The notes beneath the pieces are model-generated. The model saw only the letters and a list, made by a program, of their open reading frames with translations, did no database searches and was not told the DNA's origin. DNA of 32,000 nt from contig NZ_CP010904.1 of the NCBI RefSeq assembly GCF_001017655.1, positions 2,130,001-2,162,000 on the forward strand. Direction: 5' to 3'. The position numbers were made by a program, and so were the translations under genes. The stretch comes from Kiritimatiella glycovorans (GTDB lineage Bacteria; Verrucomicrobiota; Kiritimatiellia; Kiritimatiellales; Kiritimatiellaceae). This document shows positions 17,367-26,395 of this stretch, in pieces (positions within the stretch are counted from its first letter, which is position 1; every line of letters starts with the position of its first letter).

Positions 17367-18578
17367 TCACTCGAGTTCGAAGGATTTATGAAGGACGCGC
17401 ACCGCCTCGTCCGCGGAATCCCGGGCGATGACAATCGAGATTTTGATTTCGGAGGTGGAGATCATGCCGATGTTGATTCCGTGTTCGGCCAGCGCGGAGA
17501 ACATGCGCGAGGCGACGCCCGAGTGGCTCTTCATGCCGATGCCGACGATGCTGACCTTGGCGATGTCCTCGTCGAAATCGACGCCCTGCGCCTCGAGTTC
17601 CCGGGACAGTTCGTCCGCGGCGGTCTTTGCGCGCTTCATGTCCGAGACGGGGATCGTGAACGAGATATTGGTATGCCCTTCCTCGCTCACGTTCTGGACG
17701 ATCATGTCCACGTTGACATCATGGTCCGCCAGCCGGTGAAACACCCGGGCGGCGACGCCGGGACTGTCCGGCACGCCGTGAAGGGTGACCTTGCACTGCC
17801 CTTTATCCGCCGCGATTCCGCGTACGACTACATCTTCCATCGAACTATCTCCTTCCACGATCTCCGTGCCGGGGCTTCGCTTGAAACTGGAGAGCACTTC
17901 GAGCCGGACGCCGTATTTCTTGGCGATCTCCACCGAACGGGAGTGCAGAACTTTGGCGCCGAGGCTCGCCAGTTCGAGCACCTCATCGCAGGTGATCCGG
18001 TCCAGCTTGCGCGCACCGGAACAGATGCGCGGGTCGGTCGTGTAGACCCCGTCGACATCCGTGAAAATCTGGCATTTGTCAGCCTCCAGGGCCGCGGCCA
18101 GGGCCACCGCGGTGGTGTCCGAGCCGCCCCGACCCAGCGTCGCCACGTCCGAGGCGGGCGTCAGCCCCTGGAATCCCGCGATGATCACCACGCGCCCGAA
18201 TCCGAGCGCCTGGTGCACGCGCGCGGGATCGATGCCCGTGATCTTCGCCCGCGTGTGGGCCGCATCCGTGCGGATCCCCGCCTGGGGCCCGGTCATCGAG
18301 ACCGCCTCACAGCCCATCGCATGCAGCGCCATGGTCAAAACTGAACTGGAGATCTGCTCGCCCGCCGCCATGAGCTGATCCATCTCGCGGTCGTCCGGAC
18401 TCGCATGCACCTCCTGCGCAAGCTGAATCAGCTCGTCGGTGGTGTCGCCCATCGCGCTCACGACCACGACCACGTCGTTCCCCGCTTCGCGGGTCTCGTG
18501 AATCCGCTGCGCCACCCGGCGCATGCAGTCCGCATCCGCGACCGAAGATCCGCCGTATTTCTGTACGATCCGTGCCAT
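17367..18578 (-). CDS. lysC: Aspartate kinase (monofunctional, two C-terminal ACT domains)
   Basis: MARIVQKYGGSSVADADCMRRVA...VVVVSAMGDTTDELI...GRGGSDTTAVALAAAL. 403 aa. Confidence 0.95.
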   Translation of the reverse strand: MARIVQKYGGSSVADADCMRRVAQRIHETREAGNDVVVVVSAMGDTTDELIQLAQEVHASPDDREMDQLMAAGEQISSSVLTMALHAMGCEAVSMTGPQAGIRTDAAHTRAKITGIDPARVHQALGFGRVVIIAGFQGLTPASDVATLGRGGSDTTAVALAAALEADKCQIFTDVDGVYTTDPRICSGARKLDRITCDEVLELASLGAKVLHSRSVEIAKKYGVRLEVLSSFKRSPGTEIVEGDSSMEDVVVRGIAADKGQCKVTLHGVPDSPGVAARVFHRLADHDVNVDMIVQNVSEEGHTNISFTIPVSDMKRAKTAADELSRELEAQGVDFDEDIAKVSIVGIGMKSHSGVASRMFSALAEHGINIGMISTSEIKISIVIARDSADEAVRVLHKSFELE

Positions 18579-18791
18579 ACCGTCCCCCGGAATATCCCCG
18601 CCTGTTAACCGGATTTACCGGGCCAATGCAACCCAAAAGCACCGGGCTTTCGGCGCGCGAGGACATTAAAACCCAGTCCGAACCACACCCTCGCATTTTC
18701 CTCATCAGCATCAAACAGACAGAGGTTCCAATCAGCCCATTCCGGCAGCGTCCCGAACTCCCGGCCCAGCGCAAAAAAAACCGCACCCCCC

Positions 18792-19745
18792 GACTGCCAT
18801 GACTCTTCCACGCTACGCCCGAGGCAACGGCCTTCGGCCTCGAGAAAACGCTCCGCTCGTGAAAACGGCGGCTTTCCCGACTGCCACGAAATCCCCCGAC
18901 TGCCACGATCTTCCACGCTACGCTCGAGGCAACGGCCTTCGGCCTCGAGGAAACGCCCCGCTCGTGAAAACGGCGGCTTTCCCGACTGCCACGACATCCC
19001 CCGATCCCCCCGATTGCCACGAGGCCCGTGAGGGCCGTTGCCACGATTTCCCCGATTGCCACGATCTTCCACGCTACGCCCGAGGCAACGGCCTTCGGCC
19101 TCGAGGAAACGCCCCGCTCGTGAAAACAGCGGCTTTCCCGACTGCCACGAAATCCCCCGATCCCCCCGATTGCCACGAGGCCCGTGAGGGCCGTTGCCAC
19201 GATTTCCCCGATTGCCACGATCTTCCACGCTACGCCCGAGGCAACGGCCTTCGGCCTCGAGAAAACGCTCCGCTCGTGAAAACGGCGGCTTTCCCGACTG
19301 CCACGAAATCCCCCGACTGCCACGACTGCCACGATTTCCTCGATTGCCACGATCCCCCGACTGCCACGATCTTCCACGCTACGCTCGAGGCAACGGCCTT
19401 CGGCCTCGAGGAAACGCTCCGCTCGTGAAAACGGCGGCTTTCCCGATTGCCACGAACCCCCCCGACTGCCACGATCTTCCACGCTACGCCCGAGGCAACG
19501 GCCTTCGGCCTCGAGGAAACGCTCCGCTCGTGAAAACGGCGGCTTTCCCGATTGCCACGAACCCCCCCGACTGCCACGATCTTCCACGCTACGCTCGAGG
19601 CAACGGCCTTCGGCCTCGAGAAAACGCTCCGCTCGTGAAAACGGCGGCTTTCCCGACTGCCACGATTGCCACGATCCCCCCGACTGCCACGACATCTCCC
19701 GATCCCCCCGATTGCCACGAGGCCCGTGAGGGCCGTTGCCACGAC
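18792..19745 (+). repeat. Complex unidirectional tandem array: 7 copies of an ~86-nt core, 3 copies of a GNRA-hairpin module, 24 perfect copies (+1 variant) of the octamer TGCCACGA
   Basis: Cores (cttccacgctacgcYcgaggcaacggccttcggcctcgagRaaacgcYccgctcgtgaaaacRgcggctttcccgaYtgccacga) start at 18805, 18910, 19066, 19222, 19371, 19476 and 19581, with only five variable positions. Module gattgccacgaggcccgtgagggccgttgccacga starts at 19012, 19168 and 19710. Octamer starts are listed under findings. All copies are on one strand and there are no unique spacers. Confidence 0.95.
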
Positions 19746-19769
19746 CTCCCCGCCTGCCCCGATTCCCCC

Positions 19770-21158
19770 ATGATCACCCCTGCCCTTCACCCCGACGATG
19801 CATGGCCGGTCACCGAGCGCCACCTGCAGGCGATCTGGTATGACCGGGCGCTGCGCCCGGACCGTCTGACCACAACGGCGGGGGTCCCTGTGCGCGTGGT
19901 TCATCCGGGACGCTGGAACCTCGAGGCGGGGCCGGACTTCATGGATGCCCGGGTCCTGATCGGCGACCCGCCGCGGCCCGTGGCCGGTGACGTGGAAGTG
20001 CACCTCCGCGCGGCGGACTGGGCACGGCACGGTCATGACGCCGACCCCCGGTACTCAAAGGTTCGGGTTCACGTGACGCTCCATGCCGGGAGCGCCCCCC
20101 GGCTCCCGCTTCCACCGGGCTGCGAGGAGATCGCCCTGGCCTCCTTTCTGGAAGAAGACCTCGAGCGGATCTGCGAGCGCATCGACGTCCACTCCTATCC
20201 CTATCTCAAGCTCCCGTCGCCGACCCGCTGCGGAGAACTCCTTTCCGGCCGCCCCCCGGAGTTCAAAAGCGCGCTGCTCGAGGCGGCCGGCCGGCAGCGG
20301 ATGCGGAGGCGCATCGATCGTTTCACCGCGCTCCGCGAACGGCACGGCGCCGCCGAGACGCTGTACCGCGAACTCATGGCCGGTCTCGGCTACCGCGTGA
20401 ACAAAAGCGCGTTCCGCCGGGTGGCCGAGGCCGTTTCGCTCGAGCGCCTACGCGCCGCCGGCGGCCCTCTCGCGGCGACGGCCGTACTGACCGGCGCGGC
20501 CGGACTGCTCCCCGATCCCGCCGATCCGCGTCTGACGGAGGAATCGCGCCGCCGCGCACGGATCCTCTGGGACCTCTGGTTTGTGCGCAAACCGGTCTGG
20601 ACCCCGCCGCTGCCCGGACGGGACGACTGGTGCGCGGCCTCGCGTAGACCGGCCAACGAGCCCGCCCGCCGCCTGGCCGCCGCCGCGCTGTGGTTCGGAC
20701 CTTCCCCGGGACTCGAGGAACGACTGGCTGCGGCGCCCGCCGCCGATGCCGGGGGATTCATACGCAGGGCGATGGAGGAGCTGACCGCGCCGCGCGACCC
20801 GTTCTGGGAACGGCACTGGACGTGGACCTCGGCTTCGCGGCAGGCGCCGACGGCGCTCATCGGTCCGGGCCGCGCCCGAACCCTGCTGATCAACAGCGTC
20901 ATCCCCTGGCGGCTCGCCGGTCCGGAGCCCCGCTCGGAATGCGAAACCTGTTTCCGCACCATGCCCGCCGAACCCTGGAACAGCACCCTCCGCCGCGCGG
21001 CGCGTCTCGTCCTCGGCCCCGACCACCCGTCCACGCTCTGCGCCTCCGCACTCGCGCGACAGGGCCTGATCGAGCTGCACGACCGCTACTGCCTGCCCGC
21101 GCGCGGCGTCTGCGACCAGTGTCGGCTTCCGAAAGCTATCTGTGAGTGGGAACCCTGA
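19770..21158 (+). CDS. DUF2851-family protein
   Basis: Start taken at ATG 19770 (MITPALHPDDAWPVTERHLQAIWYD...), in frame with track ORF 19194..21158, whose first 192 codons are array repeats. GDVEVHLRAADWARHGHDADPRYSKVRVHVTLH matches the DUF2851 core as I recall it. Confidence 0.8.
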   Translation: MITPALHPDDAWPVTERHLQAIWYDRALRPDRLTTTAGVPVRVVHPGRWNLEAGPDFMDARVLIGDPPRPVAGDVEVHLRAADWARHGHDADPRYSKVRVHVTLHAGSAPRLPLPPGCEEIALASFLEEDLERICERIDVHSYPYLKLPSPTRCGELLSGRPPEFKSALLEAAGRQRMRRRIDRFTALRERHGAAETLYRELMAGLGYRVNKSAFRRVAEAVSLERLRAAGGPLAATAVLTGAAGLLPDPADPRLTEESRRRARILWDLWFVRKPVWTPPLPGRDDWCAASRRPANEPARRLAAAALWFGPSPGLEERLAAAPAADAGGFIRRAMEELTAPRDPFWERHWTWTSASRQAPTALIGPGRARTLLINSVIPWRLAGPEPRSECETCFRTMPAEPWNSTLRRAARLVLGPDHPSTLCASALARQGLIELHDRYCLPARGVCDQCRLPKAICEWEP

Positions 21159-21159
21159 G

Positions 21160-21375
21160 TGGAAGGTTCGACGTAAACTTTTTTGGGGTGTACGACGGGA
21201 AATCCGCTCGCGTCACATCGTATTCGTACTCACCGAAGCGGTACTCGTCCTCGATTTGCCGGTTTGGAAAAGGGATCGCGCCTTCGGCGCTCCGAGTACG
21301 CGTACGAGTACGAGTACGAGCAGGAATTATGTTCACCCCCCTCACCAACCTTCATGCTCTTCATGTCCTTCATGG
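21160..21375 (+). repeat. Copy C of the dispersed hairpin-element family
   Basis: Collinear with copy B from ggaaggttcgacgtaaactttt (degenerate end) through aaatccgctcgcgtcacatcgtattcgtactc, gggatcgcgccttcggcgctccgagtacgcgtacgagtacgagtacgag and attatgttcacccc...cttcatgctcttcatg. Confidence 0.75.
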
Positions 21376-21399
21376 TGAATCCCGATCCCCCCCCGTGGT

Positions 21400-21465
21400 T
21401 TCTCTGACTCTCCTTTCTTACTCAGGTTTCAGGTTTCAGCTTTCTCACTCATACCTTCACTCAGA
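21400..21465 (+). repeat. Single hexamer/heptamer module related to the 10286-10600 repeats
   Basis: tctctgactctcc followed by cttactcaggtttcaggtttcagctttctcactca, compared with cttactcaggtctcaggtttcaggtctctcactca at 10381-10415. Confidence 0.7.
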
Positions 21466-21541
21466 TTTCCAACCTTGATTCCCGCCGCCCATTGCATTAC
21501 GTCATATGGGCTCACGAAACGGCGGGCGGAGGATATCGCGG

Positions 21542-22822
21542 ATGAAAGTACTGGTCGTGGGAAGCGGAGGACGCGAGCACGCGCTTGTGCGGACGCTGGC
21601 GTCTTCGCCCCGGAAGCCCGAACTCCTCTGCGCCCCCGGAAATGCCGGCACGGCCCGTCTCGCCCGCAATCTTCCCGTCAAAGCGACCGACCTCGACGGC
21701 CTGGTGTCGTGCGCCCGCGCTGAACGACCCGACCTTACCGTGATCGGTCCCGAAGCACCGCTCTGTGCCGGGCTCACCGATGCGCTGGAGGCCGAAGGAC
21801 TCGCGGTCTTCGGCCCTTCGAAGGAGGCCGCCCGCCTCGAGGGGAGCAAAATCTTCGCCAAGGAAATCATGCAGGCCGCCGGCGTACCCACCGCGCGGGC
21901 CGAGTCGTTCGACGACCCCGCGGCCGCCTGCGCCTGTCTGCGCGAACACGGAGCGCCGGTCGTGGTCAAGGCCGACGGCCTCGCCGCCGGCAAGGGCGTG
22001 ACCGTGTGCGCCTCGATCGACGAGGCCGAGCGCGCGGTGCGTGAGGCCCTCGAGGAGAAGCGTTTCGGGGACGCCGGGGGCTGCGTCCTGATCGAAGACT
22101 GCCTCCGCGGCGAAGAGGCGTCGATCCTGGCCCTCACCGACGGCGAGACCGTGGTGCCGCTGGCTTCTTCGCAGGACCACAAGCGCGCGTACGACGGCGA
22201 CCGGGGTCCGAACACGGGGGGAATGGGAGCCTACTCGCCCGCGCCGGTCGTCAGCGAGGACGTATGGCGCCGGGTCATGGACGACATCTACCGCCCCACG
22301 CTGGCCGAACTCCGGCGGCGCGGCATCCGCTACAAGGGCGTGCTCTATGCGGGACTGATGATAGAACACGGTCGGCCGCGCGTGGTCGAATTCAACTGCC
22401 GCTTCGGCGATCCCGAGACGCAGGTCGTCCTTCCGCGCCTCGATAGCGACCTTCTCCCCGCGCTGCAGGCCTGCGTCGATGGAGATCTGGCCTCGGTCGA
22501 GCCGCAGTGGAAATCCGAGGCCTGCGTGTGTGTGGTCATGGCCTCGGGCGGCTATCCGGGGCCTTACGAGAAAGGGCTCCCGATCGAAGGCCTGAACGCG
22601 GCCGAAGAAGCCGGGACGATCGTCTTTCACGCCGGGACGGATGCGGATCCCGAAGGCCGGGTCGTCACCGCCGGCGGCCGCGTACTGGGCGTCACCGCCC
22701 TGGGCGCGACGCTCAAGACCGCGGTCGCCTCCGCCTACCGCGGGGCGGGAAAGATCTCCTGGGATCATGCTTTTTATCGAACCGACATAGCCCACCGCGA
22801 ACTGGAAAGGGAGGAACCATGA
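21542..22822 (+). CDS. purD: Phosphoribosylamine--glycine ligase
   Basis: Start MKVLVVGSGGREHAL (ATG 21542, GGAGGA RBS). ATP-grasp core and C-terminal GGRVLGVTA. The stop overlaps the purE start (ATGA). Confidence 0.95.
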   Translation: MKVLVVGSGGREHALVRTLASSPRKPELLCAPGNAGTARLARNLPVKATDLDGLVSCARAERPDLTVIGPEAPLCAGLTDALEAEGLAVFGPSKEAARLEGSKIFAKEIMQAAGVPTARAESFDDPAAACACLREHGAPVVVKADGLAAGKGVTVCASIDEAERAVREALEEKRFGDAGGCVLIEDCLRGEEASILALTDGETVVPLASSQDHKRAYDGDRGPNTGGMGAYSPAPVVSEDVWRRVMDDIYRPTLAELRRRGIRYKGVLYAGLMIEHGRPRVVEFNCRFGDPETQVVLPRLDSDLLPALQACVDGDLASVEPQWKSEACVCVVMASGGYPGPYEKGLPIEGLNAAEEAGTIVFHAGTDADPEGRVVTAGGRVLGVTALGATLKTAVASAYRGAGKISWDHAFYRTDIAHRELEREEP

Positions 22823-23337
22823 CGCAGAAAAACGGAAAGAAGATCGGAATTGTGATGGGAAGCCGCTCCGACTGGAAGACCATGGAGCACACCGTCTCCA
22901 CGCTTCAGTCCTTCGACCTCGAGTGCGAGGTGCGGGTCATGTCCGCGCACCGGACGCCGGAGGACGCCGCCGAATGGGCGCGCACCGCGCGGGAGCGCGG
23001 CCTGAAAGTTATTATCGCCGCCGCGGGCGGAGCCGCCCACCTCGGGGGCGTCGTTTCGGCGCATACCTCGCTGCCCGTGCTGGGCATTCCGCTGCAGGGC
23101 TGGGCGCTGGACGGCATGGACGCGCTGCTCTCCACGGTGCAGATGCCGAAAGGCATCCCGGTCGGGACGCTGGCGATCGGCAAGGCGGGCGCCATCAACG
23201 CGGCCATGCTCGCGATCCGGATTCTCGCCCTCGAAGACGACACGCTTCAGCTGAAGCTCGAAGAACATCGCGACCGGATGGCCGAAGAAACGCGCCATGC
23301 CGATCGGGGCCTCAATGAGGAACTGGACGGCTCCTAG
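22819..23337 (+). CDS. purE: 5-(carboxyamino)imidazole ribonucleotide mutase
   Basis: [19 protein letters not shown]...[10 protein letters not shown]...[27 protein letters not shown]. 172 aa. Confidence 0.93.
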   Translation: MTQKNGKKIGIVMGSRSDWKTMEHTVSTLQSFDLECEVRVMSAHRTPEDAAEWARTARERGLKVIIAAAGGAAHLGGVVSAHTSLPVLGIPLQGWALDGMDALLSTVQMPKGIPVGTLAIGKAGAINAAMLAIRILALEDDTLQLKLEEHRDRMAEETRHADRGLNEELDGS

Positions 23338-23455
23338 GGCCCCGAAGAAGCGCAGAAGAGTTGTCCGGCCACCCCAGGGCACAGGAAGCACAGAAAAGTT
23401 CTTTGGGCCACGTAGAGGCACCCTGGGCACAGAAGAGAAGTCCAGCCAGTGAATT

Positions 23456-24517
23456 ATGAGTGAACACGCCGTCATTGATCCCGTAAATCCGGACCCGGCC
23501 CTGCTGGACCGGGCGGCGCGTCTTCTCCACGACGGCGAACTCGTGGTCCTGCCCACGGAGACCGTGTACGGAGTGGCGGCGGATGTGCGGGCGCCCGGGG
23601 CCCGCAGCCGGCTCTTTGCCGCCAAGGGAAGGCCGGCGGGGAAACCCTTCGCCCGGCTCGCGGTCGATATCGATCAGGTGGAAAAAGACGGCGCCGAAGT
23701 GGGCGAATTCGCCCGGTCGCTGGCGGACGCCTTCTGGCCCGGCCCGCTTACGCTCGTTCTGCCCACGGAATGGGCGCCGCGGGGGTATCGCGCCCCGGAT
23801 CATGCCGTACCCCAGGGGGTCGGGCGGCGGCTCGGGCCCCAGGTCGCTCTGACCAGCGCCAACCGCAGCGGACAGCCGCCGGCCTGCACTGCGGACGAAG
23901 CGGTCGCCGGACTGGACATCAAGCCGGCGCTCGTGCTGGACGCGGGACCCTCCAGCGGCACGCCGAGCACCGTGGTCAGCCTCGCACACGGCTATCCCGA
24001 ATTGCTGCGCGAGGGCACGATTCCCTTCGACCGGATTGAAGCCGCCTGCACGGGGGCGCGACGACGGGTCATCCTCTTCGTCTGCACCGGAAATACGTGC
24101 CGCAGCCCGATGGCCGAACACCTGTTCCGCGAACGGCTGGGGGATCGCGCCGAATGGTCCGCGCAGTCCGCCGGCATCAGTGCGGCCGAAGACATGCCCG
24201 CGACGCAAAACGCGGTCCATGTGCTCCGGGAGAAGGGGATCGACATGTCCGGCCACCTCAGCCGGCGGCTGACGACCGCCCTCGTACGCGATTCGGATCT
24301 GATCGTGACGATGACGGCCGCCCAGCGGGAGGAAGTCTGCCGGCTGGCCCCGGAATGCGCGAGCCGGGTCAAACTGCTGACCTCGTTCCACGTAAACGGC
24401 GGCGGCGAGGATGTTCACGATCCGATAGGCGGCGATGAAGAGGCCTACCGGCAGGTCAGGGACCGTATCGACAGCGCGCTCTCGGATCTGATACTCTATC
24501 TGCTTGATTACGTGTGA
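23456..24517 (+). CDS. tsaC: Fusion protein: TsaC/YrdC-domain L-threonylcarbamoyladenylate synthase (aa 1-~200) + YwlE-like low-molecular-weight phosphatase (aa ~203-353)
   Basis: N-domain: VLPTETVYGVAADV, AKGRPAGKP, LTSANRSG. C-domain: VILFVCTGNTCRSPMAEH (CX5R P-loop with Thr as in B. subtilis YwlE) and VHDPIGGDEEAYRQVRDRI (DP loop). Single uninterrupted 353-aa frame. Confidence 0.85.
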   Translation: MSEHAVIDPVNPDPALLDRAARLLHDGELVVLPTETVYGVAADVRAPGARSRLFAAKGRPAGKPFARLAVDIDQVEKDGAEVGEFARSLADAFWPGPLTLVLPTEWAPRGYRAPDHAVPQGVGRRLGPQVALTSANRSGQPPACTADEAVAGLDIKPALVLDAGPSSGTPSTVVSLAHGYPELLREGTIPFDRIEAACTGARRRVILFVCTGNTCRSPMAEHLFRERLGDRAEWSAQSAGISAAEDMPATQNAVHVLREKGIDMSGHLSRRLTTALVRDSDLIVTMTAAQREEVCRLAPECASRVKLLTSFHVNGGGEDVHDPIGGDEEAYRQVRDRIDSALSDLILYLLDYV

Positions 24518-24542
24518 ACGAAAGAATGGGTAAGGAGATTGC

Positions 24543-26225
24543 ATGAAGATCGCTATCGGCGCCGACCACGGCGGCTACGAGCTGAAACAGGAGATCATCG
24601 AACGACTCGGGAAACGCAAAGGCCTCGAGATTGAAGACTGCGGCTGCCACAGCCGGGAGTCGGTGGATTATCCCGACTACGCCCGCGACGTGGCCGGAAA
24701 AGTTTCGGAAGGCTCGGTCGACGAAGGCATCGTGGTCTGCACGACCGGCGTCGGCGTTTCCATGACCGCCAACAAATTTCCCCACGTCCGCGCCGCGCTG
24801 TGCGTTACGCCGCACATGGCCACGATGGCCCGCCGGCACAATAAAGCCAACGTCCTGTGCATGGGCTCGACCACCGTCGAAGGCGAGGCCGTGCCGGGCA
24901 TCCTCGAGGCCTGGTTCGCGGCGGAGTTTGAAGGCGGGCGGCATCAGCGCCGCGTGGACAAGATATCCCAGTGCGAAACGACGCTCGCGGAACTGATCGC
25001 CCTCTACGACACGGATCCGGAAGTCTACAGCGGCGTGCGCGCCGAAGACCGGCGCCAGGAGGAGAACCTGGAACTGATCGCCTCCGAGAACATGGCCTCC
25101 CGCGCCGTGCGCCAGGCGCAGTCCTCGCGCATGACCAATAAATACGCCGAGGGCTATCCCGGGAAGCGCTGGTACAACGGATGCGAGTGCGTCGACGAGA
25201 TCGAGCGCCTCGCCATCGACCGCGCCCGGGAGATCTTCGGCGGGGAACACGTCAACGTCCAGCCCCACAGCGGCAGCGCCGCGAACATGGCGGCCTATTT
25301 CTCCGTGCTCGAACCCGGCGACACCATGCTGGCGATGAGCCTCGCGGAAGGGGGCCACCTCACCCACGGTCACCCGATGAATTTTTCGGGGCGGTTCTTC
25401 AATATCGTCCCCTACGGGGTCGACGAAAAGACCGAGCAGATCGATTACGACCGCCTGGCGGAGCTGGCCTCCGAACACAAGCCGAAGATGATCGTCGCCG
25501 GCGCCAGTGCGTATTCGCGGCTGATCGACTTCAAGCGGCTGCGCGCGATTGCCGACGACGTCGGGGCGTACCTCACGGTCGACATGGCGCACATCGCCGG
25601 ACTCGTCGCCGCGGGTTGCCATCCGAACCCGGTGCCGTATGCCGAGTTCGTGACGACGACGACCCACAAGACGCTGCGCGGGCCGCGCGGCGGCATGGTG
25701 CTGTGCCGTGAGGCCTTCGCGAAGGAAGTCGACCGCCAGGTCTTTCCCGGCATCCAGGGCGGGCCGCTGATGCACACCATCGCGGCCAAAGCCGTCTGCT
25801 TCCACGAGGCGCTGCAGCCGGAGTTCAAGACCTACCAGCAGCAGGTGGTGCGCAACGCGCAGGAACTCGCCGCCGCCCTCCAGGAACAGGGTATCCGGAT
25901 CGTGTCCGGCGGGACTGACAATCACCTGATGCTCGCCGACCTGACCTCGGTCGAGATCTCCGGAAAGGACGCCGCCAACGCGCTGGATAAGGCGTCGATC
26001 ACGGTGAATAAGAACTCGATCCCGTTCGACGGCAAGAGCCCCTTTGTGACCTCCGGCATCCGGCTGGGCACGCCCGCGGTGACGACCCGCGGCATGGGTC
26101 CGGAACAGATGCGGGAGATCGCCGGGCTGATCGCGGACCTGCTGCAGAACGCGTCGGACCGCAAGACCATCGCGCACGTGCGCGAAAAGGTCCTGCACAT
26201 GACGTCCCAGTACCCGCTCATCTAG
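24543..26225 (+). CDS. glyA: Fusion protein: RpiB/LacAB-type ribose-5-phosphate isomerase B (aa 1-~143) + serine hydroxymethyltransferase (aa ~150-560)
   Basis: N-domain: [37 protein letters not shown]-domain: [32 protein letters not shown]-lysine box [23 protein letters not shown] before ATG 24543. No stop between the domains. Confidence 0.9.
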   Translation: MKIAIGADHGGYELKQEIIERLGKRKGLEIEDCGCHSRESVDYPDYARDVAGKVSEGSVDEGIVVCTTGVGVSMTANKFPHVRAALCVTPHMATMARRHNKANVLCMGSTTVEGEAVPGILEAWFAAEFEGGRHQRRVDKISQCETTLAELIALYDTDPEVYSGVRAEDRRQEENLELIASENMASRAVRQAQSSRMTNKYAEGYPGKRWYNGCECVDEIERLAIDRAREIFGGEHVNVQPHSGSAANMAAYFSVLEPGDTMLAMSLAEGGHLTHGHPMNFSGRFFNIVPYGVDEKTEQIDYDRLAELASEHKPKMIVAGASAYSRLIDFKRLRAIADDVGAYLTVDMAHIAGLVAAGCHPNPVPYAEFVTTTTHKTLRGPRGGMVLCREAFAKEVDRQVFPGIQGGPLMHTIAAKAVCFHEALQPEFKTYQQQVVRNAQELAAALQEQGIRIVSGGTDNHLMLADLTSVEISGKDAANALDKASITVNKNSIPFDGKSPFVTSGIRLGTPAVTTRGMGPEQMREIAGLIADLLQNASDRKTIAHVREKVLHMTSQYPLI

Positions 26226-26395
26226 CCCGCGGAAACCGGGGCTTGCACCGGGCGCATTCCTGTGTTACGCACGGGTCCACCTGAGGTGAGGAGCGGCATC
26301 CGAACCCGAGGGTACAACCCGACCGCTGAGTGTGCGATCTGAGACCCGGGAGAGCGGAGCTCTCCCGTCATTCGAGGAACGCGCGCGGGACGCCG

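Noticed and set aside
13491-18344. 1617-aa ORF on the plus strand
   Set aside because: It is antisense to valS, cimA and lysC, all of which have unmistakable family motifs. Its composition is Arg/Ala/Gly/His-rich and low-complexity, typical of shadow ORFs in GC-rich DNA. It has no recognisable domain.
18579-18791. Lysine riboswitch (L-box) upstream of lysC
   Set aside because: No AGAGGNGC-type start and no other L-box core elements are recognisable on the minus strand. Only generic small hairpins are present.
18792-19745. CRISPR array interpretation
   Set aside because: There are no unique spacers between repeats: the sequence between the short repeats is itself repeated. The repeat lengths and periods (9-87 nt) are irregular, and there are no cas genes in the window.
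18792-19745. TGCCACGA octamers as DnaA boxes
   Set aside because: Only the CCAC core is shared with TTATCCACA or TTGTCCACA. The match is too weak to call, although the origin hypothesis is kept as a separate low-confidence finding.
19194-19769. 192-codon N-terminal extension of the DUF2851 ORF
   Set aside because: The extension consists entirely of array repeats. The family-like sequence begins at Met 19770 (MITPALHPDD...).
18307-20036. ORFs running through the tandem array (18307..19695 -, 18605..19228 -, 18799..19428 +, 19230..20036 -), which could be read as repeat proteins
   Set aside because: Every frame on both strands is open simply because the unit lacks stop codons. The translations (SWQSGKPPFSRAERFLEAEGRCL..., DCHDLPRYARGNGLRPRG...) match no protein repeat class I know. 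They lack start or RBS context and overlap one another.
21481-21525. Hairpin CCCGCCG...CGGCGGG (with inner CCCAT/ATGGG) just upstream of the purD RBS as a purine or ZTP riboswitch
   Set aside because: It is too short and lacks any purine, ZTP or PRPP riboswitch core that I can recognise. It may be a simple stabilising or processing hairpin.
23370-23440. GGGCACAG..GCA repeats as sigma-54 (-24/-12) promoters
   Set aside because: The GG-to-GC spacing is two nucleotides short of the TGGCAC-N5-TTGC geometry. The sequences look like the GGCAC-rich leaders associated with GxxExxY-type gene debris.
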